A stretch of DNA of 64,000 nt. Source: Jatrophihabitantaceae bacterium (GTDB lineage: Bacteria > Actinomycetota > Actinomycetes > Mycobacteriales > Jatrophihabitantaceae). Position 1 is the stretch's first letter. Every line of letters starts with the position of its first letter. The stretch lies in NCBI GenBank assembly GCA_035765515.1, contig DASTXN010000171.1:1885-65884 (forward strand). The letters run 5' to 3'. Positions 28,015 through 37,140 of the stretch are shown here, piece by piece. The position numbers and the translations under genes were made by a program. The notes beneath the pieces were generated by a model. That model was not told where the DNA came from, made no database searches, and saw only the letters and a program-made list of their open reading frames with translations.

Positions 28015-28451
28015 ACGCGCGACGCAATATCGGCGCACTCCTCGCGGCGATGGTCGCGGGACTCGCGCTGACCGCCTGCAGCGGCCACCAGGCGGCCGGC
28101 AAACTGGATCTGGGCTCGGCGCGAACGCTGTCGTGCCCGGCCGCGATCCCAGCAGCCAAGCGGCACCCAGAAGCGGTACTCACCCGAGTCTTCGCGGTGA
28201 CCGGGCCGAAGCAGGCGAGCTACACGCTCGGCTGGCAGCTCGTCCCGTTCCGCGGCCCCGACCGCACCTACCAGCTCGGGAAGGACGGCAACCTGCTCGC
28301 GCTCCAGCCCGTCGGCGGTGGCAAACCGCTCGGCTACGGCACCGGCGCGGTCACCGTGTCCGGCAATCCGAACGCCGGGACGATTGATGCGGTCGTCCGG
28401 CTCACCACCGGGCGCAAGATCGCGGTCCACGGCGCCTGGCGCTGTGGGTAG
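28011..28451 (+). CDS. small lipoprotein (unknown family)
   Basis: ATGA start/stop overlap with the upstream gene. Signal plus lipobox MNARRNIGALLAAMVAGLALTAC. 146 aa. Confidence 0.7.
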   Translation: MNARRNIGALLAAMVAGLALTACSGHQAAGKLDLGSARTLSCPAAIPAAKRHPEAVLTRVFAVTGPKQASYTLGWQLVPFRGPDRTYQLGKDGNLLALQPVGGGKPLGYGTGAVTVSGNPNAGTIDAVVRLTTGRKIAVHGAWRCG

Positions 28452-28508
28452 CGGCGGACACGCAACGGCGAGGACCATAGCCAGCCGAGTTGTGCCCCGG
28501 GCTGAAGG

Positions 28509-28581
28509 TGCCCCCGGCAGGGATCGAACCTGCGACCAATCGCTTAGAAGGCGAGTGCTCTATCCGCTGAGCTACGGGGGC
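28509..28581 (-). tRNA. tRNA-Arg (anticodon TCT)
   Basis: Reverse complement folds as a cloverleaf: acceptor GCCCCCG/CGGGGGC, D arm GCTC-AGCGGATA-GAGC, anticodon loop CTTCTAA, T arm GCAGG-TTCGATC-CCTGC, discriminator A. 73 nt. CCA is not encoded. Confidence 0.9.
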
Positions 28582-28856
28582 TATCGACGTGCGGGCCGAG
28601 CGCCGATGCCACGTCGCAGGCTACCGGCCGGCGCCGTCGAGCACATCTCGGACACGTGTCCGCGCATAACAGAATTGGCGCCGCTAGGCGGGCGTAGTTC
28701 GAGCGCGCATACAGCAGCGGTCTGACGAACGCGCCCAACTGTCCACAACCCCCTACTTGTCCACAGATCCGGCTGCCGGCATGGCCTGCGGTCGGTGTCC
28801 GGCGCTTTCCTGGTCCCACGCCCGCAGTGGGCACACGACGAACGAGGGGCAAGGAC

Positions 28857-29372
28857 ATGAACGACACAGTGATCACGATCGCCGGCAACGTCTGCGACGA
28901 CCCCACGATGCGGTTCACCAAGTCGGGGCATCCGGTGACGAACCTGCGCGTGGCGTCGACGTCGCGGCGCTACGACCAGCGCACCGGCCAGTGGGTCGAC
29001 AACCCGACGCTTTTCCTGTCGGTCACGTGTTGGCGCGGCCTCGCGGAGAACGTGTCCGAGTCGGTGCACAAGGGTGACCCCGTGGTCGTCACCGGGCGGT
29101 TGACGTCGCAGCGGTACGAGGTCGGCGAGCAGTTGCGCTACGTCGAGGTCCTGGAGGCCACCTCGCTCGGCCACGACCTCGCGCGCGGCAAGACCGTGTT
29201 CACCAAGGCGTACCGCGGTGCCGGCGCGACGAACTTCCAGCCCGCGGACGAGAACGGGGTGCCGGCCGACGACGGCGCACGCTGGGTGGAGTTCGCCCAC
29301 GGCGACGGTACGGCGAGCCAGCAGGAGAGCGGCACGGAGCCGAACGGTCGCGAGCTCGCGGCGGTCGGCTGA
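28857..29372 (+). CDS. ssb: single-stranded DNA-binding protein paralog (Rv2478c-like)
   Basis: MNDTVITIAGNVCDDPTMRFTKSGHPVTNLRVAS...FLSVTCWRGLAENV OB-fold pattern. RBS GAGGGG. Located upstream of ettA, as in mycobacteria. Confidence 0.8.
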   Translation: MNDTVITIAGNVCDDPTMRFTKSGHPVTNLRVASTSRRYDQRTGQWVDNPTLFLSVTCWRGLAENVSESVHKGDPVVVTGRLTSQRYEVGEQLRYVEVLEATSLGHDLARGKTVFTKAYRGAGATNFQPADENGVPADDGARWVEFAHGDGTASQQESGTEPNGRELAAVG

Positions 29373-29520
29373 CCCGCCGCGTCGAGGACGGCGTCGGCCC
29401 ACCGAGCGGCGGCACGGGGGCGGTGGGCCGACGCTCTCGACGGAACTGGGACAATGGGACGCGACGCCCGGCTGGCATGCCGGTGCGGACGCTTCCATCC
29501 CGAGCATGCAAGGACAGACA

Positions 29521-31197
<1,677 letters not shown>

Positions 31198-31218
31198 GCC
31201 GCGCGGTCGGGGAACGCG

Positions 31219-31614
31219 ATGGCGAGGTTCGTGCACGAGGTGCACATGCGCTGGTCGGACATGGACGCCTACCGGCACATCAACAACTCCGCGTACCTCG
31301 CCTACCTCGAGCAGGCACGCGTGGCGATGTTCTTCGACCGCTACGAGTCGTTCTCCGGCGGGACGGTGATCGCGCGCCACGAGATCGACTATCTCGGACC
31401 GGTCGTGTACCACCCGGAGCCGCTGCGGCTGGAGCTGTGGGTCGACCAGGTGCGCGGCGCCGCGTTCACCGTCCACTACGAGGTGTTCGACGGCGAGCGG
31501 CTCGCGGCTCGGGCACGCAGCGTCCTGGTGCCGTTCGACTTCGGCATCGACCGGCCGCGCCGGCTCACCGACGACGAGCGCGCGGCCCTCGCGGGGTTCG
31601 GCGACGACGCATGA
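31219..31614 (+). CDS. acyl-CoA thioesterase (4HBT/YbgC-like hotdog fold)
   Basis: VHMRWSDMDAYRHINNSAYLAYLEQAR motif. 131 aa. Confidence 0.8.
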   Translation: MARFVHEVHMRWSDMDAYRHINNSAYLAYLEQARVAMFFDRYESFSGGTVIARHEIDYLGPVVYHPEPLRLELWVDQVRGAAFTVHYEVFDGERLAARARSVLVPFDFGIDRPRRLTDDERAALAGFGDDA

Positions 31615-32252
31615 CGCTCGGCCCCGAGCAGCTGCTGGACCTCGCGCCCGCAGCGCGGCGGGCGGTCGCGCTCGAGGCGCGCAGCGTGGTCCGGCTGCGG
31701 ATCGGCGACGGCGTCGCGTCCGCGCTGATCCGCCTGCCGTTCGGCGTGCTGGTCGGGCGCCGCATCGAGCTCGAGCAGCCGCTGGCCGACACGGACACGA
31801 CCCTGCGCGGCGTCGACTTCCTGCAGTGGCTGGACGGTGAGCGTGACCGCATGCCCCCGCCGGTCGACGCGATGTGGCGCTGGCCGGTCCCGCCCGCAGA
31901 CGGCTGGCGGCGCGTGGAGACCGTGCCGGACACCGTGATCCGCCCGCTGGTCCGCGCCGGCGCGCTCACCCTCAAGGAGGCGGCCGAGCGGGAGGGCGTG
32001 CCCGGCGCGCAGCCACGGGCCGAGGTGGCCGACGCCCTGCTGGACTCGGTCGTGCTGACCGTCGATTCCGACGACGGTGCGCACGCCGAAGTCACCCTCC
32101 GGGCGCTCAGCGCGCTGACCCGGATGGGCTTCCTGGCCCGCGGCTCGTCCGCGCACGTGGACATCAGCGGCCGCTGGACCCGCGTCGCCGCCGTCTACGG
32201 CTCGGTCTTCACCGAAAGTGGCGGCCTCGGCGGAACTTTGCGCCCCCTGTAA
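31611..32252 (+). CDS. conserved hypothetical protein (Rv2474c-like by position)
   Basis: ATGA overlap with the thioesterase stop. Good GC3 frame. No recognisable motif. Confidence 0.6.
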   Translation: MTLGPEQLLDLAPAARRAVALEARSVVRLRIGDGVASALIRLPFGVLVGRRIELEQPLADTDTTLRGVDFLQWLDGERDRMPPPVDAMWRWPVPPADGWRRVETVPDTVIRPLVRAGALTLKEAAEREGVPGAQPRAEVADALLDSVVLTVDSDDGAHAEVTLRALSALTRMGFLARGSSAHVDISGRWTRVAAVYGSVFTESGGLGGTLRPL

Positions 32253-32258
32253 TCCGTC
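32232..32258 (+). promoter_or_regulatory. ECF-type promoter candidate GGAACTT-N-CGTC upstream of the ECF sigma gene
   Basis: GGAAC at 32232-32236 and CGTC at 32255-32258 (18-nt spacer), about 60 nt upstream of GTG 32316. Matches the general ECF -35 GGAAC / -10 CGT architecture. Confidence 0.4.
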
Positions 32259-32315
32259 ATCCATATCCGGACACCTACCTGATGACGGTGCGTGCGGACG
32301 GGTGAGGGAGAGCGC

Positions 32316-32879
32316 GTGGACGACGTCGACCGGCGCGCGCTGCTGGACGCCTGGTTTCGCGCGTACGCCGACCGGGTGCTGGCCTACCTGCAGCATCGCA
32401 CCGATCCGCAGACCGCCCAGGACCTGCTGCAGGAGGTGTTCATGATCGCGTTCGCGAAGGCCGCGGAGCTGCCGCAGCCGCCGCTCGGCTGGCTGTTCGG
32501 CACCGCCCGGCGCGTGCTGGCGAACCGCTATCGCGGGCGCCGCCGCCAGAACGACCTGATCGCCCGGCTGACCGAAAACGCCGCGGGCTCCAGCGACAGC
32601 GAGGTCGACCCGGAGACCGGCGAGCTCCGGCAGGCATTCGCGCAGACGCTGTCGGCCCTGTCCGCCGCCGACCGTGAGGTGCTCACGCTCACCGGCTGGT
32701 ACGACCTGACTCCCGCCGAGGCCGCCGAGGCGCTCGGTTGCTCGTCCTCGGCGTACGCCGTGCGTCTGCACCGGGCCCGCAAGCGGCTGGCGTCCGCCCT
32801 GGAGGAGGCGGGTTACCGCGGCGACGGAGCGGCCGCCCAATTCGCGGAGGCGTTGCGCGGGGAGGCGAACGATGGGTGA
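32316..32879 (+). CDS. ECF-type sigma-70 family RNA polymerase sigma factor
   Basis: Region 2 DLLQEVFMIAF...LFGTARRVLANRYR and region 4 LSAADREVLTLTGWYDLTPAEAAEALGCSSSAYAVRLHRARKRL. GTG start after GGTGAGGGAGAG. Confidence 0.8.
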   Translation: MDDVDRRALLDAWFRAYADRVLAYLQHRTDPQTAQDLLQEVFMIAFAKAAELPQPPLGWLFGTARRVLANRYRGRRRQNDLIARLTENAAGSSDSEVDPETGELRQAFAQTLSALSAADREVLTLTGWYDLTPAEAAEALGCSSSAYAVRLHRARKRLASALEEAGYRGDGAAAQFAEALRGEANDG

Positions 32880-34935
32880 GGAGCTGAACCGCTGGCTGCG
32901 CCGGGCGCGCCCGCACGTGCCTGCTGACGACGACTGGGCCGCGTCCCCGGACGGGCAACTCGCCCTGGCCGACCTGCACCAGCGGATGAGCCACGCCGCT
33001 GACGTGCGCGCGCGGCGCCGACGGATCTGGCTGCCGGCCGGTGGTCTGACCGCTGCCGCGGCGGTCACCGCTGCCGTGCTGTTGGGAATCGGCGGCTCGA
33101 CCACGCCGCCGCCGAGCCGCCCCGGTCCGGATGTGCCGCGCGGGCTGCCGAATGCTCGGCCCGCCGCCATGCTGCTGTCGAACTACGACTCGTGTGCCGA
33201 CCTGCTCGCCGGCCTGCGCGCGCACACCGCCGCGCACACCACGGCGTGGGGCCTGCCGGGCGGCGGCGGGATCTATCCTTACGGCCGCGGGATGGCCCTG
33301 GGCGTGGTAGGTACGGCCACCGTTCCCGGGGCGCCGGCCGCCGGCCCCGCCGCGACCGACAAGACCACGGGCTCGACGTCCACGACGAACGACCAGGTGG
33401 CGGGCGTCGACGAGCCGGACATCATGAAGACCGACGGCGACCGGGTCGTCACGGTCACCGACGGCGTGCTGCGGGTGATCGACGCGCAGACCCAGCAGGT
33501 GACCGGCACGCTCGACCTGTCGATCTACGCCGGTTCGGAGAGCGCGCAGCTGCTGGTCGACGGCGACCATGCGCTCGTGCTGCTCGACACCGGATCGCCG
33601 CGCTACTACGCGACCGACTTCGTCGGGCCGATCCAACCGCCCGTCGGCGATCGTACGACCGCGCTGTTCGTGGACCTCTCCGGGCAGCCCACGGTCACCG
33701 GCTCGCTGCGCGCCGACGGTGGCTACCTCGCCGCGCGGCTGGTCGACGGAACCGTGCGCATGGTGGTCACCAGCGCGCCGACGATCAACTTCCCGCAGCG
33801 CAACCACCCGTCCAAGGTGCGCAACCAGGCGATCGTCCGGTCCGCTCCGCTGTCGGCCTGGCAGCCGAGCTACACGATCGCGGACGGTGGCAGTACCAGC
33901 CGCCACCAGGTGCCGTGTCAGGACATCAGCCACCCGGCGAAGTACACCGGCACCTCGCTGGTGACCGTCTACACGTTGAACATCGCCGACCCGAACGGCG
34001 GCGCGGGCCCGATCAGTGTGGCGGCCGACGGCGACACCGTGTACGCCACGGCGAACAGCCTGTACGTGGCGAGCAACCCCGACTGGTGGACGAACGGCAA
34101 GCACGCCCAGCAGACGCAGCTGCACCGCTTCGACATCACCGGGACCGGCCAGCCGGTCTATCTGGGTTCGGCCTCGGTACCTGGACGGCTGCTCAGCCAG
34201 TACTCGCTGGACGACTACGACGGCTACCTGCGCGTGGCCACCACGACCGTCGGCAGGCACACGACCAACGGCGTGTACGACTTGGACGACGCGACGCTCA
34301 CGGCCGTCGGCCATGTGGACGGACTCGGCAACGGCGAGCAGATCTACGCGGTGCGCTTCGCCGGCCCGCTGGCGTACGTGGTGACGTTCCGGCAGACCGA
34401 CCCGCTCTACGTGCTCGACCTGACCGATCCCGCGCACCCGAGCGTCGCCGGCTCGCTGCAGCTGACCGGCTACTCCAGTTACCTTCATGACGCCGGCGAC
34501 GGGCGCATCATCGGCGTCGGCGAGCAGATCGGCCCCGACAACGAGCCGGACGGCGTCCAGGTGAGCCTGTTCGACGTCAGCGACCCGACCGCGCCGGAGC
34601 GCACCGGACATGTGGTCCGCCGCGGCGCGGACGGGGCCGAGCGGCTCGACCCGCACGCGTTCCTGTACTGGCAGCCGACCGGTCTGGTGACGGTTCCGAT
34701 CCAGTCGTGGCGTTCGGACGAGTCCGGTGCCGCCCTGGTACTCCGCGTGACCGGCAAGACGCTGACCACGGTCGGCCTGGTCCACAACCCGCTCGGCACG
34801 GCCGTGCCCGACGACGGCCAGGGCATCGTCCGCAGCATGCTCGTCGACGGACGGCTGTGGACGCTGTCCAGCAGCGGCCTGCAGGTCGTCGACCCGGCCA
34901 GCCTGCACCGCGACGCCTGGATCGCGTTCTCGTGA
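32872..34935 (+). CDS. membrane-anchored beta-propeller domain protein (PF09826-like); positional anti-sigma candidate
   Basis: 8-nt overlap with the sigma gene. N-terminal cytoplasmic segment followed by one TM helix (GGLTAAAAVTAAVLLGIGG). Hallmark motifs DEPDIMKTDG and AVRFAGPLAYVVTFRQTDPLYVLDLTDPAHP...LTGYSSYLH. Confidence 0.8.
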   Translation: MGEELNRWLRRARPHVPADDDWAASPDGQLALADLHQRMSHAADVRARRRRIWLPAGGLTAAAAVTAAVLLGIGGSTTPPPSRPGPDVPRGLPNARPAAMLLSNYDSCADLLAGLRAHTAAHTTAWGLPGGGGIYPYGRGMALGVVGTATVPGAPAAGPAATDKTTGSTSTTNDQVAGVDEPDIMKTDGDRVVTVTDGVLRVIDAQTQQVTGTLDLSIYAGSESAQLLVDGDHALVLLDTGSPRYYATDFVGPIQPPVGDRTTALFVDLSGQPTVTGSLRADGGYLAARLVDGTVRMVVTSAPTINFPQRNHPSKVRNQAIVRSAPLSAWQPSYTIADGGSTSRHQVPCQDISHPAKYTGTSLVTVYTLNIADPNGGAGPISVAADGDTVYATANSLYVASNPDWWTNGKHAQQTQLHRFDITGTGQPVYLGSASVPGRLLSQYSLDDYDGYLRVATTTVGRHTTNGVYDLDDATLTAVGHVDGLGNGEQIYAVRFAGPLAYVVTFRQTDPLYVLDLTDPAHPSVAGSLQLTGYSSYLHDAGDGRIIGVGEQIGPDNEPDGVQVSLFDVSDPTAPERTGHVVRRGADGAERLDPHAFLYWQPTGLVTVPIQSWRSDESGAALVLRVTGKTLTTVGLVHNPLGTAVPDDGQGIVRSMLVDGRLWTLSSSGLQVVDPASLHRDAWIAFS

Positions 34936-34968
34936 CCGCGACCGGAAGGCGGCAGGTTCAGCCGCCGA

Positions 34969-36579
34969 TCAGGGCAGCTGCAGCCACACCGCCGTGTTGC
35001 CCGGCAGGACACGTCCGTCCGGGCCCGGCTCCGGCAGCGGGCCGGACGCGAGCAGCACGTCCCCGTCGGGTAGCGGCAGCGGCTCGGCGCCGGCGTTCAG
35101 CGCCACCGCGATAGACCCGCGGTGGTAGGCCAGCGCGCCGACCGGCGCCGGTGACCACTCGAAGTCCGGTCCGGTGAGCTGGGACAGCTCGCGCCGCAGC
35201 CGCAGCGCCTGCCGGCACAGGTTCAGCATCGAATCGGCATCCGCATCCTGCGCCGCCACGGTCTTGTCGCCCCAGCCTTCCGGCATCGGCAGCCAGCTGG
35301 ACGTCCCGGTGGTGAAGCCGTACGGCGGCTCGGTGCCCGACCACGGCAGCGGCACTCGCTCGCCGTCACGGCCGCGGTCGGTGTGCCCGCTGCGCTCCCA
35401 GGTCGGGTCCTGCAGCGCCTCGTCGGGCAGGTCGACGTTCTCCAGCGCGAGCTCGTCGCCGTTGTAGAGGTAGGCCGCGCCCGGCAGGGACAGCTGCACC
35501 AGCAGCGCCGCCCGCGCCCGCGCGATGCCGACCTCGCCCCCTCCGTACCGCGTCGCGGCCCGGTCGACGTCGTGGTTGTCCAGCACCCAGGTGCACGGCG
35601 CGCCGACGCCGGACATCGCCTCGAGGGAGCGCTGGATCGCCTTGCTGAACGAGTCGGCACCCCAGGGCGCCTCGACCAGCTCGAAGTTGAAGGTGAGGTT
35701 GAGTTCATCCGGACGGACGTAGCGGGCCAGCCGGTCGGAGTCGGGCACCCAGGCCTCGCCGACGGCCATGCGCTCGCCGGGATAGGAGTCCAGCACCCGC
35801 CGGAACATGCGGTGGTACTCGTGCACCTCGTCGCGGTCCCAGCGCACGTCCATGAGCGAGGGCATCGTCGCGCCCTCCTCGCGGGACGGGATCACGCTCA
35901 GGTCGACGTCCGGCAGCCCCTCGGGCTTGGCCATGCCGTGCGCGACGTCGATGCGGAACCCGTCCACCCCCCGGTCCAGCCAGAACCGGAAGACGCGCTC
36001 GAACTCGGCGCGCACCTCGGGATTCGTCCAGTTCAGGTCGGGCTGCTCGGGCGCGAATAGGTGCAGGTACCACTGCCCATCTGAAGTCCTGTGCCAGGCG
36101 GGGCCGCCGAAGACGGACGGCCAGTTGTTCGGCGGCAGCTCGCCGTGCTCGCCGCGGCCGTCGCGGAAGATGAACCGAGCACGTTCCGGCGAACCGGGCG
36201 CGGCGGCGAGCGCGGCCTGGAACCACTCGTGCTGGTCGGAGACGTGGTTGGGCACGACGTCGACGGTGACCTTGATGCCGAGCCGGTGCGCCTCGGCGAG
36301 CATCGCGTCGAAGTCGGCCAGCGTGCCGAAGCACGGGTCGACGTCGCACGGGTCGGCCACGTCGTAGCCGCCGTCGGCCATCGGCGAGCGGTAGAACGGC
36401 GAGAGCCAGATCGCGTCGACGCCGAGGTCGCGCAGGTGGCCGAGCCGCTCGCGCAGGCCGATCAGGTCGCCGGTGCCGTCGCCGTTGCCGTCGGCGAAGC
36501 TGCGCGGATACACCTGGTAGAAGACGGCGGACGCCCACCACGGGCGGGGGCTGTAAGCGCTTTGAGTCACGACACCCAT
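34969..36579 (-). CDS. aglA: GH13 alpha-glucosidase (oligo-1,6-glucosidase/AglA-like)
   Basis: FYQVYPRSFADGNGDGTGDLIGL, GVDAIWLSPFY, VDVVPNHVSDQH, GFRIDVAHG. Confidence 0.9.
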   Translation of the reverse strand: MGVVTQSAYSPRPWWASAVFYQVYPRSFADGNGDGTGDLIGLRERLGHLRDLGVDAIWLSPFYRSPMADGGYDVADPCDVDPCFGTLADFDAMLAEAHRLGIKVTVDVVPNHVSDQHEWFQAALAAAPGSPERARFIFRDGRGEHGELPPNNWPSVFGGPAWHRTSDGQWYLHLFAPEQPDLNWTNPEVRAEFERVFRFWLDRGVDGFRIDVAHGMAKPEGLPDVDLSVIPSREEGATMPSLMDVRWDRDEVHEYHRMFRRVLDSYPGERMAVGEAWVPDSDRLARYVRPDELNLTFNFELVEAPWGADSFSKAIQRSLEAMSGVGAPCTWVLDNHDVDRAATRYGGGEVGIARARAALLVQLSLPGAAYLYNGDELALENVDLPDEALQDPTWERSGHTDRGRDGERVPLPWSGTEPPYGFTTGTSSWLPMPEGWGDKTVAAQDADADSMLNLCRQALRLRRELSQLTGPDFEWSPAPVGALAYHRGSIAVALNAGAEPLPLPDGDVLLASGPLPEPGPDGRVLPGNTAVWLQLP

Positions 36580-36620
36580 TGTGCCGGGTCGCCGGGGCGG
36601 ACCCGTCGCAAGGGGCGGTG

Positions 36621-37043
36621 TTAGTCCGGCACGTTGCGCAACGAGTCGGCCGCGCTGGTCAGGTAGTCCCAGATCGTGCGGTCGTAGGCCGGTGGCAGGT
36701 CGAGGGTGTCCAGCGCGTCGCGCATGTGCCGCAGCCACCGGTCGCGCTGCGCCGAGTCGATTGCGAAGGGGACGTGCCGCATGCGCAGCCGCGGGTGGCC
36801 GCGCCGTTCGCTGTACGTCGTCGGCCCGCCCCAGTACTGGATCAGGAACAGCGTGAGCCGCTCGGTCGCCGGGCCCAGGTCCTCTTCGGGGTACAGCGCG
36901 CGCAGCTCCGGGTCGTCCGCCACGCCCGCGTAGAACGCCTCGACGAGCCGGCGGAAGGTCTGCTCGCCGCCGACGGCCGCGTAGAAGCTGTCGGCGCGGG
37001 TGGGGACGTCGTCAGGAGCGGACACACGTCCATTCTGGTACAC
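36621..37043 (-). CDS. glbO: group II truncated hemoglobin
   Basis: FYAAVGG..TFRRLVEAFY...YWGGPTTYSERRGHPRLRMRH.PF closely parallels mycobacterial GlbO. The start could instead be GTG at 37025. Confidence 0.85.
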   Translation of the reverse strand: MYQNGRVSAPDDVPTRADSFYAAVGGEQTFRRLVEAFYAGVADDPELRALYPEEDLGPATERLTLFLIQYWGGPTTYSERRGHPRLRMRHVPFAIDSAQRDRWLRHMRDALDTLDLPPAYDRTIWDYLTSAADSLRNVPD

Positions 37044-37046
37044 CCC

Positions 37047-37116
37047 CGCGAGTGGGCACTCAGGCGTCCAGTGGGCAGCTGTAAGTGCCCACTCGTGCCG
37101 TAGGTGCCCACTCGCG
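37047..37116. promoter_or_regulatory. four copies (two forward, two inverted) of the motif (CGCG)AGTGGGCAC in the glbO / disulfide-reductase divergent intergenic region
   Basis: cgcgagtgggcac 37047-59, agtgggca 37070-77, gtgcccactcgtg 37085-97, gtgcccactcgcg 37104-16. The outer pair is a perfect 13-nt inverted repeat and the inner pair an 8-nt one. Confidence 0.5.
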
Positions 37117-37140
37117 GGCCGGCGACTCTAGGGTCGGGGA

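Noticed and set aside
28452-28856. Integrase, att site or mobile element next to tRNA-Arg
   Set aside because: The flanks show no integrase or recombinase-like ORF. By eye, no second copy of the tRNA 3' segment (ggcagggatcgaacctgcgacc) appears elsewhere in the window. An island boundary remains only a positional suggestion.
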